From the NCBI GenBank assembly GCA_964016885.1, contig OZ024743.1:236902001-236966000 (forward strand): DNA of 64,000 bases, written 5' to 3'. Below are positions 13,263-27,379 of the stretch, in pieces; within the stretch, counting starts at the first letter, position 1, and each line of letters begins with the position of its first letter. Made by a program: the position numbers and the translations under genes. Source of the DNA: Eledone cirrhosa. Lineage: Eukaryota. Under the pieces are notes generated by a model. The model was not told the origin of the DNA. It ran no database searches and saw only the letters and a program-made list of their open reading frames with translations.

Positions 13263-16200
13263 TCTAAGTCTAAAGTCTGTCTTATTATAGACAGCTACAG
13301 TATTGATTAGTCTGTCTAAGTCTAAAGTTTGTCTTATTATAGACAGCTACAGTACTGATTTGTCTGTCTAAGTCTAAAGTCTGTCATATAGACAGCTACA
13401 ATATTGACAATTCTGTCTAAGTCTGAAATCTGTCTTGTTATAAACAGCTACTGTATTGATTAGTCTGTCTAAGTCTAAACTCTGTCTTATTATAGACAGC
13501 TACAGTATTGACAATTATGTCTAAGTCTAAAGTCTGTCTTGTTATAGACAGCCACAGTATTGATTAGTTTGTCTAAGTCTAAAGTCTGTCTTACTATAGA
13601 CAGCTACAGTACTGATTAGTCTGTCTAAGTCTAAAGTCTGTCTTGTTATAGACAACTAAAGTATTGATTAGTCTGTCTAAGTCTAAAATCTGTCTTATTA
13701 TAGACAGCTACAGTATTGACAATTCTGTCTAAGTCTAAAGTCTGTCTTTTTATTGACAGCTACAGTACTGATTAGTCTGTCTAAGTCTAAAGTCTGTCTT
13801 GTTATAGACAGCTACAGTACCGATTAGTCTGTCTAAGTCTAATGTCTGTCTTGTTATAGACAGCTACAGTATTGATTAGTCTGTCTAAGTTTAAAGTCTT
13901 TCTTATTGCAGACAGCTACAGTACTGATTAGTCTGTCTAAGTTTAAAGTCTGTCTTATTATAGACAGCTACAGTATTGATTAGTCAGTTTAGGTCTAAAG
14001 TCTGTCTTATTATAGATAGCTACAGTACTGATTAGTCTGTCTAAGTTTAAAGTCTGTCTTGTTATAGACAGCTACAGTATTGATTAGTCTGGCTAAGTCT
14101 CAAGTCTGTCTTATTATAGACAGCTACAGTATTGATTAGTCTGTCTAACTCTGAAGTCAGTCTTATTATAGACAGCTACAGTACTGATTAGTCTGTCTAA
14201 GTCTAAAGTCTGTCTTATTATAGACAGCTACAGTATTGACAATTCTGTCTAAGTCTAACGTCTGTCTTGTTATAAACAGCTACAGTATTGATTAGTCTGT
14301 CTAGTTCTAAAGTCTGTCTTATCATAGACAGCTACAGTATTGACAATTCTGTCTCAGTCTACAGTCTGTCTTGTTTTAGACAGCTACAGTATTGATTCGT
14401 CTGTCTAAATCTAAAGTCTGTCTTATTATAGACAGCTACAGTATTGACAATTATGTCTAAGTCTAAAGTCTGTCTTGTTATAGACAGCTACAATATTGAT
14501 TAGTCTGTCTAAGTCTAAAGTCTGTCTTATTATAGACAGCTACAGTACTGATTAGTCTGTCTAAGTCTAAAGTCTGTCTTGTTATAGACAACTACAGTAT
14601 TGATTAGTCTGTCTAAGTCTAAAATCTGTCTTATTATAGACAGCTACAGTATTGACAATTCTGTCTAAGTCTAAAGTCTGTCTTATTATAGACAGCTACA
14701 GTATTGTCAATTCTCTCTAAGTCGAAAGTCTGTATTATTATAGACAGCTACAGTACTGATTAGTCTGTCTAAGTCTAAAGTCTGTCTTGTTATAGAGAGT
14801 TACAGTATTGATTAGTCTGTCTAAGTCTAATGTCTGTCTTGTTATAGACAGCTACAGTATTGATTAGTCTGTCTAAGTTTAAAGACTTTCTTAGTATAGA
14901 CAGCTACAGTACTGATTAGTCTGTCTAAGTCTAAAGTCTGTCTTATTATAGACAGCTACAGTATTGATAATTCTCTATGAGTCTAAAGTCTGTTTTATTA
15001 TAGACAGCTACAGTATTGATTAGTCTATTTAAGTCTAAAGTCTGTCTTGTTATAGACAGCTACAGTATTGATTAGTCTGTCTAAGTCTAAAGTCTGTCTT
15101 ATTATAGACAGCTACAGTATTAATTAGTCTGTCTAAGTCTAAAGTCTGTCTTGTTATAGACAGCTACAGTATTGATTACTCTGTCTAAGTCTAAAGTCTG
15201 TCTTATCATAGGCAGCTACAGTATTGACAATTCTGTCTCAGTCTAAAGTATGTCTTGTTTTAGACAGCTACAGTATTGATTAGTCTGTCTAACTCTAAAG
15301 TCTGTCTTGTTATAGACAGCTACAGTATTGATTAGTCTGTCTAAGTCTAAAGTCTGTCTTATTATAGACAGCTACAGTATTGATTAGTCTGTCTAAGTCT
15401 AAAGTTTGTCTTATTATAGACAGCTACAGTACTGATTTGTCTGTCTAAGTCTAAAGTCTGTCTTATTATAGACATCTACAGTATTGACAATTATGTCTAA
15501 GTCTAAAGTCTGTCTTGTTATAGACAGCCACAGTATTGATTAGTTTGTCTAAGTCTAAAGTCTGTCTTACTATAGACAGCTACAGTACTGATTAGTCTGT
15601 CTAAGTCTAAAGTCTGTCTTTTTATTGACAGCTACAGTACTGATTAGTCTGTCTAAGTCTAAAGTCTGTCTTGTTATAGACAGCTACAGTACCGATTAGT
15701 CTGTCTAAGTCTAATGTCTGTCTTGTTATAGACAGCTACAGTACTGATTAGTCTGTCTAAGTTTAAAGTCTGTCTTATTATAGACAGCTACAGTATTGAT
15801 TAGTCTGTTTAGGTCTAAAGTCTGTCTTATTATAGACAGCTACAGTACTGATTAGTCTGTCTAAGTTTAAAGTCTGTCTTGTTATAGACAGCTACAGTAT
15901 TGATTAGTCTGTCTAAGTCTCAAGTCTGTCTTATTATAGACAGCTACAGTATTGATTAGTCTGTCTAACTCTGAAGTCAGTCTTATTATAGACAGCTACA
16001 GTACTGATTAGTCTGTCTAAGTCTAAAGTCTGTCTTATTATAGACAGCTACAGTATTGACAATTCTGTCTAAGTCTAACGTCTGTCTTGTTATAAACAGC
16101 TACAGTATTGATTAGTCTATCTAAGTCTAAAGTCTGTCTTATTATAGACAGCTACAGTATTGACAATTATGTCTAAGTCTAAAGTCTGTCTTGTTATAGA

Positions 16201-19200
16201 CAGCTCCAGTATTGATTAGTCTGTCTACATCTAAAGTCTGTCTTATAGACAGCTACAGTATTGACAATTCTGTCTAAGTCTAAAGTCTGTCTTATTATAG
16301 ACAGCTACAGTACTGAATAGTCTGTCTAAGTCTAAAATCTGTCTTGTTATAGACAACTACAGTATTGATTAGTCTGTCTAAGTCTAAAGTCTGTCTTATT
16401 ATAGACAGCTAAAGTATTGGCAATTCTGTCTAAGTCTAAAGTGTGTCTTTTTATACACAGCTACAGTACTGATTAGTCTGTCTATGTCTAAACTCTCTCT
16501 TATTATAGACAACTACAGTATTGATTAGTCTGTCTAAGTCTAAAGTCTGTCTTATTATAGACAGCTACAGTACTGATTAGTCTGTCTAAGTCTAAAGTCT
16601 GTCTTATTATAGACAGCTACAGTATTGACAATTCTGTCTAAGTCTAAAGTCTGTCTTGTTATAAACAGATACAGTATTGATTAGTCTGTCTAAGTCTAAA
16701 GTCTGTCTTATTATAGACAGCTACAGTATTGACAATTATGTCTAAGTCTAAAGTCTGTCTTGTTATAAACAGCTACAGTATTGATTAGTCTATCTAAGTC
16801 TAAAGTCTGTCTTATTATAGACAGCTACAGTATTGACAATTATGTCTAAGTCTAAAGTCTGTCTTATTATAGACAGCTACAGTATTGACAATTCTGTCTA
16901 AGTTTAAAGTCTGTCTTATTATAGACAGCTACAGTATTGATTAGTCTGTTTAGGTCTAAAGTCTGTCTTATTATAGACAGCTACAGTACTGATTAGTCTG
17001 TCTAAGTTTAAAGTCTGTCTTGTTATAGACAGCTACAGTATTGATTAGTCTGTCTAAGTCTCAAGTCTGTCTTATTATAGACAGCTACAGTATTGATTAG
17101 TCTGTCTAACTCTGAAGTCAGTCTTATTATAGACAGCTACAGTACTGATTAGTCTGTCTAAGTCTAAAGTCGGTCTTATTATAGACAGCTACAGTATTGA
17201 CAATTCTGTCTAAGTCTAACGTCTGTCTTGTTATAAACAGCTACAGTATTGATTAGTCTATCTAAGTCTAAAGTCTGTCTTATTATAGACAGCTACAGTA
17301 TTGACAATTATGTCTAAGTCTAAAGTCTGTCTTGTTATAGACAGCTCCAGTATTGATTAGTCTGTCTACATCTAAAGTCTGTCTTATTATAGACAGCTAC
17401 AGTATTGACAATTCTGTCTAAGTCTAAAGTCTGTCTTATTATAGACAGCTACAGTACTGAATAGTCTGTCTAAGTCTAAAATCTGTCTTGTTATAGACAA
17501 CTACAGTATTGATTAGTCTGTCTAAGTCTAAAGTCTGTCTTATTATAGACAGCTAAAGTATTGGCAATTCTGTCTAAGTCTAAAGTGTGTCCTTTTATAG
17601 ACAGCTACAGTACTGATTAGTCTGTCTATGTCTAAACTCTCTCTTATTATAGACAACTACAGTATTGATTAGTCTGTCTAAGTCTAAAGTCTGTCTTATT
17701 ATAGACAGCTACAGTACTGATTAGTCTGTCTAAGTCTAAAGTCTGTCTTATTATAGACAGCTACAGTATTGACAATTCTGTCTAAGTCTAAAGTCTGTCT
17801 TGTTATAAACAGATACAGTATTGATTAGTCTGTCTAAGGCTAAAGTCTGTCTTATTATAGACAGCTACAGTATTGACAATTATGTCTAAGTCTAAAGTCT
17901 GTCTTGTTATAGACAGCTACAGATTTGATTAGTCTGTGTAAGTCTAAAGTCTGTCTTATTATAGACAGCTACAGTACTGATTAGTCTGTCTAAGTCTAAA
18001 GTCTGTCTTGTTATAGAAAACTACAGTATTGATTAGTCTGTCTAAGTCTAAAATCTGTCTTATTATAGACAGCTACATTATTGACAATTCTGTCTAAGTC
18101 TAAAGTCTGGCTTATTATAGACAGCTACAGTATTGTCAATTCTCTCTAAGTCGAAAGTCTGTATTATTATAGACAGCTACAGTTCTGATTAGTCTGTCTA
18201 AGTCTAAAGTCTGTCTTGTTATAGAAAGTTACAGTATTGATTAGTCTGTCTAAGTCTAAAGACTGTCTTGTTATAGACAGCTACAGTATTGATTAGTCTG
18301 TCTAAGTCTAAAGTCTGTCATATTATAGACAGCTACAGTATTGATAATTCTCTCTAAGTCTAAAGTCTTTCTTATTATAGACAGCTACAGTACTGATTAG
18401 TCTGTCTTAGTCTAAAGTCTGTCTTGTTATAGACAGCTACAGTAATGATTAGTGTGTCTAAGTCTAAAGTCTGTCTTATTATAGACGGCTACAGTATTGA
18501 TTAGTCTGTCTAAGTCTAAAGTCTGTCTTGTTATAGACAGTTACAGTATTGATTAGTCTGTCTAAGTCTAAAGTCTGTCTTCTTATAGACAGCTACAATA
18601 TTGATTAGTCTGTCTAAGTCTAAAGTCTGTCTTGTTATAAACAGCTACAGTACTGATTAGTCTGTCTAAGTCTAAAGTCTGTCTTGTTATAGACAGCTAC
18701 AGTAATGATTAGTGTGTCTAAGTCTAAACTCTGTCTTATTATAGACAGCTACAGTACTGATTAGTCTGTCAAAGTCTAAAGTCTGTCTTATTATTGACAG
18801 CTACAGTATTGATTATTCTGTCTAAGTCTAAAGTCTGTCTTGTTATAGACAGTTATAGTATTGATTAGTCTGTCTAAGTCTAAAGTCTGTCTTCTTATAG
18901 ACAGCTACAATATTGATTAGTCTGTCTAAGTCTAAAGTCTGTCTTGTTATAGACAGCTACTGTATTTATTAGTCTGTCTAAGTCTAAAGTCTGTCTTGTT
19001 ATAGACAGTTACAGTATTGATTAGTCTGTCTAAGTCTAAAGTTTGTCTTATTATAGACAGCTACAGTATTGACAATTCTGTCTAAGTCTAAAGTCTGTCT
19101 TGTTATAGACAGCTACAGTATTGACAATTATGTCTAAGTCTAAAGTCTGTCTTGTTATAGACAGCTACAGTATTGATTAGTCTGTCTAAGTCTAAAGTCT

Positions 19201-20328
19201 GTCTTATTATAGACAGCTACAGTACTGATTTGTCTGTCTAAGTCTAAAGTCTGTCTTGTTATAAACAACTACAGTATTGATTAGTCTGTCTAAGTCTAAA
19301 GTCTGGCTTATTATAGACAGCTACAGTATTGTCAATTCTCTCTAAGTCGAAAGTCTGTATTATTATAGACAGCTACAGTACTGATTAGTCTGTCTAAGTC
19401 TAAAGTCTGTCTTGTTATAGAGAGTTACAGTATTGATTAGTGTGTCTAAGTCTAAAGACTGTCTTGTTATAGACAGCTACAGTATTGATTAGTCTGTCTA
19501 AGTCTAAAGTCTGTCATATTATAGACAGCTACAGTATTGATAATTCTCTCTAAGTCTAAAGTCTGTCTTATTATAGACAGCTACAGTACTGATTAGTCTG
19601 TCTAAGTCTAAAGTCTGTCTTGTTATAGACAGCTACAGTAAAGATTAGTGTGTCTAAGTCTAAAGTCTGTCTTATTATAGACAGCTACAGTACTGATTAG
19701 TCTGTCAAAGTCTAAAGTCTGTCTTATTATTGACAGCTACAGTATTGATTAGTCTGTCTAAGTCTAAAGTCTGTCTTGTTATAGACAGTTACAGTATTAA
19801 TTAGTCTGTCTAAGTCTAAAGTTTGTCTTATTATAGACAGCTACAGTATTGACAATTCTGTCTAAGTCTAAAGTCTGTCTTGTTATAGACAGCTACATTA
19901 TTGATTAGTCTGTCTAAGTCTAAAGTCTGTCTTGTTATAGACAGCTACAGTATTGATTAGTCTGTCTAAGTCTAAAGTCTGTCTTATTATGGACAGTTAC
20001 AGTACTGATTAGTCTGTCTAAGTCTAAAGTTTGTCTTATTATAGACAGCTACAGTATTGACAATTCTGTCTAAGTCTAACGTCTGTCTTGTTACAGACAG
20101 CTACAGTACTGATTAGTCTGTCTAAGTCTAAAGTCTGTCTTATTATAGACAGCTACAGTAATGATTAGTGTGTCTAAGTCTAAACTCTGTCTTATTATAG
20201 ACAGCTACAGTACTGATTAGTCTGTCAAAGTCTAAAGTCTGTCTTATTATTGACAGCTACAGTATTGATTAGTCTGTCTAAGTCTAAAGTCTGTCTTGTT
20301 ATAGACAGTTATAGTATTGATTAGTCTC
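13263..20328. repeat. Higher-order repeat, copy 2 (136 monomers, 7066 bp)
   Basis: 3-bp deletions at ~13387 and ~16244. It lacks two monomers near 15610 that are present in copies 1 and 3. The end marker AGTCTCTCTA has its variant C at 13262, 20328 and 27186. Confidence 0.92.
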
Positions 20329-23300
20329 TCTAAGTCTAAAGTCTGTCTTATTATAGACAGCTACAGTATTGATTAGTCTGTCTAAGTCTAAAGTTTGTCT
20401 TATTATAGACAGCTACAGTACTGATTTGTCTGTCTAAGTCTAAAGTCTGTCTTATAGACAGCTACAATATTGACAATTCTGTCTAAGTCTGAAATCTGTC
20501 TTGTTATAAACAGCTACTGTATTGATTAGTCTGTCTAAGTCTAAACTCTGTCTTATTATAGACAGCTACAGTATTGACAATTATGTCTAAGTCTAAAGTC
20601 TGTCTTGTTATAGACAGCCACAGTATTGATTAGTTTGTCTAAGTCTAAAGTCTGTCTTACTATAGACAGCTACAGTACTGATTAGTCTGTCTAAGTCTAA
20701 AGTCTGTCTTGTTATAGACAACTAAAGTATTGATTAGTCTGTCTAAGTCTAAAATCTGTCTTATTATAGACAGCTACAGTATTGACAATTCTGTCTAAGT
20801 CTAAAGTCTGTCTTTTTATTGACAGCTACAGTACTGATTAGTCTGTCTAAGTCTAAAGTCTGTCTTGTTATAGACAGCTACAGTACCGATTAGTCTGTCT
20901 AAGTCTAATGTCTGTCTTGTTATAGACAGCTACAGTATTGATTAGTCTGTCTAAGTTTAAAGTCTTTCTTATTGCAGACAGCTACAGTACTGATTAGTCT
21001 GTCTAAGTTTAAAGTCTGTCTTATTATAGACAGCTACAGTATTGATTAGTCAGTTTAGGTCTAAAGTCTGTCTTATTATAGACAGCTACAGTACTGATTA
21101 GTCTGTCTAAGTTTAAAGTCTGTCTTGTTATAGACAGCTACAGTATTGATTAGTCTGGCTAAGTCTCAAGTCTGTCTTATTATAGACAGCTACAGTATTG
21201 ATTAGTCTGTCTAACTCTGAAGTCAGTCTTATTATAGACAGCTACAGTACTGATTAGTCTGTCTAAGTCTAAAGTCTGTCTTATTATAGACAGCTACAGT
21301 ATTGACAATTCTGTCTAAGTCTAACGTCTGTCTTGTTATAAACAGCTACAGTATTGATTAGTCTGTCTAATTCTAAAGTCTGTCTTATCATAGACAGCTA
21401 CAGTATTGACAATTCTGTCTCAGTCTACAGTCTGTCTTGTTTTAGACAGCTACAGTATTGATTCGTCTGTCTAAGTCTAAAGTCTGTCTTATTATAGACA
21501 GCTACAGTATTGACAATTATGTCTAAGTCTAAAGTCTGTCTTGTTATAGACAGCTACAATATTGATTAGTCTGTCTAAGTCTAAAGTCTGTCTTATTATA
21601 GACAGCTACAGTACTGATTAGTCTGTCTAAGTCTAAAGTCTGTCTTGTTATAGACAACTACAGTATTGATTAGTCTGTCTAAGTCTAAAATCTGTCTTAT
21701 TATAGACAGCTACAGTATTGACAATTCTGTCTAAGTCTAAAGTCTGTCTTATTATAGACAGCTACAGTATTGTCAATTCTCTCTAAGTCGAAAGTCTGTA
21801 TTATTATAGACAGCTACAGTACTGATTAGTCTGTCTAAGTCTAAAGTCTGTCTTGTTATAGAGAGTTACAGTATTGATTAGTCTGTCTAAGTCTAATGTC
21901 TGTCTTGTTATAGACAGCTACAGTATTGATTAGTCTGTCTAAGTTTAAAGACTTTCTTAGTATAGACAGCTACAGTACTGATTAGTCTGTCTAAGTCTAA
22001 AGTCTGTCTTATTATAGACAGCTACAGTATTGATAATTCTCTATGAGTCTAAAGTCTGTCTTATTATAGACACCTACAGTATTGATTAGTCTATTTAAGT
22101 CTAAAGTCTGTCTTGTTATAGACAGCTACAGTATTGATTAGTCTGTCTAAGTCTAAAGTCTGTCTTATTATAGACAGCTACAGTATTAATTAGTCTGTCT
22201 AAGTCTAAAGTCTGTCTTGTTATAGACAGCTACAGTATTGATTACTCTGTCTAAGTCTAAAGTCTGTCTTATCATAGGCAGCTACAGTATTGACAATTCT
22301 GTCTCAGTCTAAAGTATGTCTTGTTTTAGACAGCTACAGTATTGATTAGTCTGTCTAACTCTAAAGTCTGTCTTGTTATAGACAGCTACAGTATTGATTA
22401 GTCTGTCTAAGTCTAAAGTCTGTCTTATTATAGACAGCTACAGTATTGATTAGTCTGTCTAAGTCTAAAGTTTGTCTTATTATAGACAGCTACAGTACTG
22501 ATTTGTCTGTCTAAGTCTAAAGTCTGTCTTATTATAGACATCTACAGTATTGACAATTATGTCTAAGTCTAAAGTCTGTCTTGTTATAGACAGCCACAGT
22601 ATTGATTAGTTTGTCTAAGTCTAAAGTCTGTCTTACTATAGACAGCTACAGTACTGATTAGTCTGTCTAAGTCTAAAGTCTGTCTTGTTATAGACAACTA
22701 AAATATTGATTAGTCTGTCTAAGTCTAAAATCTGTCTTATTATAGACAGCTACAGTATTGACAATTCTGTCTAAGTCTAAAGTCTGTCTTTTTATTGACA
22801 GCTACAGTACTGATTAGTCTGTCTAAGTCTAAAGTCTGTCTTGTTATAGACAGCTACAGTACCGATTAGGCTGTCTAAGTCTAATGTCTGTCTTGTTATA
22901 GACAGCTACAGTACTGATTAGTCTGTCTAAGTTTAAAGTCTGTCTTATTATAGACAGCTACAGTATTGATTAGTCTGTTTAGGTCTAAAGTCTGTCTTAT
23001 TATAGACAGCTACAGTACTGATTAGTCTGTCTAAGTTTAAAGTCTGTCTTGTTATAGACAGCTACAGTATTGATTAGTCTGTCTAAGTCTCAAGTCTGTC
23101 TTATTATAGACAGCTACAGTATTGATTAGTCTGTCTAACTCTGAAGTCAGTCTTATTATAGACAGCTACAGTACTGATTAGTCTGTCTAAGTCTAAAGTC
23201 TGTCTTATTATAGACAGCTACAGTATTGACAATTCTGTCTAAGTCTAACGTCTGTCTTGTTATAAACAGCTACAGTATTGATTAGTCTATCTAAGTCTAA

Positions 23301-26300
23301 AGTCTGTCTTATTATAGACAGCTACAGTATTGACAATTATGTCTAAGTCTAAAGTCTGTCTTGTTATAGACAGCTCCAGTATTGATTAGTCTGTCTACAT
23401 CTAAAGTCTGTCTTATAGACAGCTACAGTATTGACAATTCTGTCTAAGTCTAAAGTCTGTCTTATTATAGACAGCTACAGTACTGAATAGTCTGTCTAAG
23501 TCTAAAATCTGTCTTGTTATAGACAGCTACAGTATTGATTAGTCTGTCTAAGTCTAAAGTCTGTCTTATTATAGACAGCTAAAGTATTGGCAATTCTGTC
23601 TAAGTCTAAAGTGTGTCTTTTTATAGACAGCTACAGTACTGATTAGTCTGTCTATGTCTAAACTCTCTCTTATTATAGACAACTACAGTATTGATTAGTC
23701 TGTCTAAGTCTAAAGTCTGTCTTATTATAGACAGCTACAGTACTGATTAGTCTGTCTAAGTCTAAAGTCTGTCTTATTATAGACAGCTACAGTATTGACA
23801 ATTCTGTCTAAGTCTAAAGTCTGTCTTGTTATAAACAGATACAGTATTGATTAGTCTGTCTAAGTCTAAAGTCTGTCTTATTATAGACAGCTACAGTATT
23901 GACAATTATGTCTAAGTCTAAAGTCTGTCTTGTTATAAACAGCTACAGTATTGATTAGTCTATCTAAGTCTAAAGTCTGTCTTATTATAGACAGCTACAG
24001 TATTGACAATTATGTCTAAGTCTAAAGTCTGTCTTATTATAGACAGCTACAGTATTGACAATTCTGTCTAAGTTTAAAGTCTGTCTTATTATAGACAGCT
24101 ACAGTATTGATTAGTCTGTTTAGGTCTAAAGTCTGTCTTATTATAGACAGCTACAGTACTGATTAGTCTGTCTAAGTTTAAAGTCTGTCTTGTTATAGAC
24201 AGCTACAGTATTGATTAGTCTGTCTAAGTCTCAAGTCTGTCTTATTATAGACAGCTACAGTATTGATTAGTCTGTCTAACTCTGAAGTCAGTCTTATTAT
24301 AGACAGCTACAGTACTGATTAGTCTGTCTAAGTCTAAAGTCTGTCTTATTATAGACAGCTACAGTATTGACAATTCTGTCTAAGTCTAACGTCTGTCTTG
24401 TTATAAACAGCTACAGTATTGATTAGTCTATCTAAGTCTAAAGTCTGTCTTATTATAGACAGCTACAGTATTGACAATTATGTCTAAGTCTAAAGTCTGT
24501 CTTGTTATAGACAGCTCCAGTATTGATTAGTCTGTCTACATCTAAAGTCTGTCTTATTATAGACAGCTACAGTATTGACAATTCTGTCTAAGTCTAAAGT
24601 CTGTCTTATTATAGACAGCTACAGTACTGAATAGTCTGTCTAAGTCTAAAATCTGTCTTGTTATAGACAACTACAGTATTGATTAGTCTGTCTAAGTCTA
24701 AAGTCTGTCTTATTATAGACAGCTAAAGTATTGGCAATTCTGTCTAAGTCTAAAGTGTGTCCTTTTATAGACAGCTACAGTACTGATTAGTCTGTCTATG
24801 TCTAAACTCTCTCTTATTATAGACAACTACAGTATTGATTAGTCTGTCTAAGTCTAAAGTCTGTCTTATTATAGACAGCTACAGTACTGATTAGTCTGTC
24901 TAAGTCTAAAGTCTGTCTTATTATAGACAGCTACAGTATTGACAATTCTGTCTAAGTCTAAAGTCTGTCTTGTTATAAACAGATACAGTATTGATTAGTC
25001 TGTCTAAGTCTAAAGTCTGTCTTATTATAGACAGCTACAGTATTGACAATTATGTCTAAGTCTAAAGTCTGTCTTGTTATAGACAGCTACAGATTTGATT
25101 AGTCTGTGTAAGTCTAAAGTCTGTCTTATTATAGACAGCTACAGTACTGATTAGTCTGTCTAAGTCTAAAGTCTGTCATATTATAGACAGCTACAGTATT
25201 GATAATTCTCTCTAAGTCTAAAGTCTTTCTTATTATAAACAGCTACAGTACTGATTAGTCTGTCTTAGTCTAAAGTCTGTCTTGTTATAGACAGCTACAG
25301 TAATGATTAGTGTGTCTAAGTCTAAAGTCTGTCTTATTATAGACGGCTACAGTATTGATTAGTCTGTCTAAGTCTAAAGTCTGTCTTGTTATAGACAGTT
25401 ACAGTATTGATTAGTCTGTCTAAGTCTAAAGTCTGTCTTCTTATAGACAGCTACAATATTGATTAGTCTGTCTAAGTCTAAAGTCTGTCTTGTTATAAAC
25501 AGCTACAGTACTGATTAGTCTGTCTAAGTCTAAAGTCTGTCTTGTTATAGATAGCTACAGTAATGATTAGTGTGTCTAAGTCTAAACTCTGTCTTATTAT
25601 AGACAGCTACAGTACTGATTAGTCTGTCAAAGTCTAAAGTCTGTCTTATTATTGACAGCTACAGTATTGATTATTCTGTCTAAGTCTAAAGTCTGTCTTG
25701 TTATAGACAGTTATAGTATTGATTAGTCTGTCTAAGTCTAAAGTCTGTCTTCTTATAGACAGCTACAATATTGATTAGTCTGTCTAAGTCTAAAGTCTGT
25801 CTTGTTATAGACAGCTACTGTATTTATTAGTCTGTCTAAGTCTAAAGTCTGTCTTGTTATAGACAGTTACAGTATTGATTAGTCTGTCTAAGTCTAAAGT
25901 TTGTCTTATTATAGACAGCTACAGTATTGACAATTCTGTCTAAGTCTAAAGTCTGTCTTGTTATAGACAGCTACAGTATTGACAATTATGTCTAAGTCTA
26001 AAGTCTGTCTTGTTATAGACAGCTACAGTATTGATTAGTCTGTCTAAGTCTAAAGTCTGTCTTATTATAGACAGCTACAGTACTGATTTGTCTGTCTAAG
26101 TCTAAAGTCTGTCTTGTTATAAACAACTACAGTATTGATTAGTCTGTCTAAGTCTAAAGTCTGGCTTATTATAGACAGCTACAGTATTGTCAATTCTCTC
26201 TAAGTCGAAAGTCTGTATTATTATAGACAGCTACAGTACTGATTAGTCTGTCTAAGTCTAAAGTCTGTCTTGTTATAGAGAGTTACAGTATTGATTAGTG

Positions 26301-27186
26301 TGTCTAAGTCTAAAGACTGTCTTGTTATAGACAGCTACAGTATTGATTAGTCTGTCTAAGTCTAAAGTCTGTCATATTATAGACAGCTACAGTATTGATA
26401 ATTCTCTCTAAGTCTAAAGTCTGTCTTATTATAGACAGCTACAGTACTGATTAGTCTGTCTAAGTCTAAAGTCTGTCTTGTTATAGACAGCTACAGTAAA
26501 GATTAGTGTGTCTAAGTCTAAAGTCTGTCTTATTATAGACAGCTACAGTACTGATTAGTCTGTCAAAGTCTAAAGTCTGTCTTATTATTGACAGCTACAG
26601 TATTGATTAGTCTGTCTAAGTCTAAAGTCTGTCTTGTTATAGACAGTTACAGTATTAATTAGTCTGTCTAAGTCTAAAGTTTGTCTTATTATAGACAGCT
26701 ACAGTATTGACAATTCTGTCTAAGTCTAAAGTCTGTCTTGTTATAGACAGCTACATTATTGATTAGTCTGTCTAAGTCTAAAGTCTGTCTTGTTATAGAC
26801 AGCTACAGTATTGATTAGTCTGCCTAAGTCTAAAGTCTGTCTTATTATGGACAGTTACAGTACTGATTAGTCTGTCTAAGTCTAAAGTTTGTCTTATTAT
26901 AGACAGCTACAGTATTGACAATTCTGTCTAAGTCTAACGTCTGTCTTGTTACAGACAGCTACAGTACTGATTAGTCTGTCTAAGTCTAAAGTCTGTCTTA
27001 TTATAGACAGCTACAGTAATGATTAGTGTGTCTAAGTCTAAACTCTGTCTTATTATAGACAGCTACAGTACTGATTAGTCTGTCAAAGTCTAAAGTCTGT
27101 CTTATTATTGACAGCTACAGTATTGATTAGTCTGTCTAAGTCTAAAGTCTGTCTTGTTATAGACAGTTATAGTATTGATTAGTCTC
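20329..27186. repeat. Higher-order repeat, copy 3 (132 monomers, 6858 bp)
   Basis: 3-bp deletions at ~20453 and ~23414. It lacks six monomers near 25170: the GTGTA-to-GTCATA marker distance is 68 bp here versus 380 bp in copy 2. Confidence 0.92.
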
Positions 27187-27379
27187 TCTAAGTCTAAAGT
27201 CTGTCTTCTTATAGACAGCTACAATATTGATTAGTCTGTCTAAGTCTAAAGTCTGTCTTGTTATAGACAGCTACTGTACTTATTAGTCTGTCTAAGTCTA
27301 AAGTCTGTCTTGTTATAGACAGTTACAGTATTGATTAGTCTGTCTAAGTCTAAAGTTTGTCTTATTATAGACAGCTACA

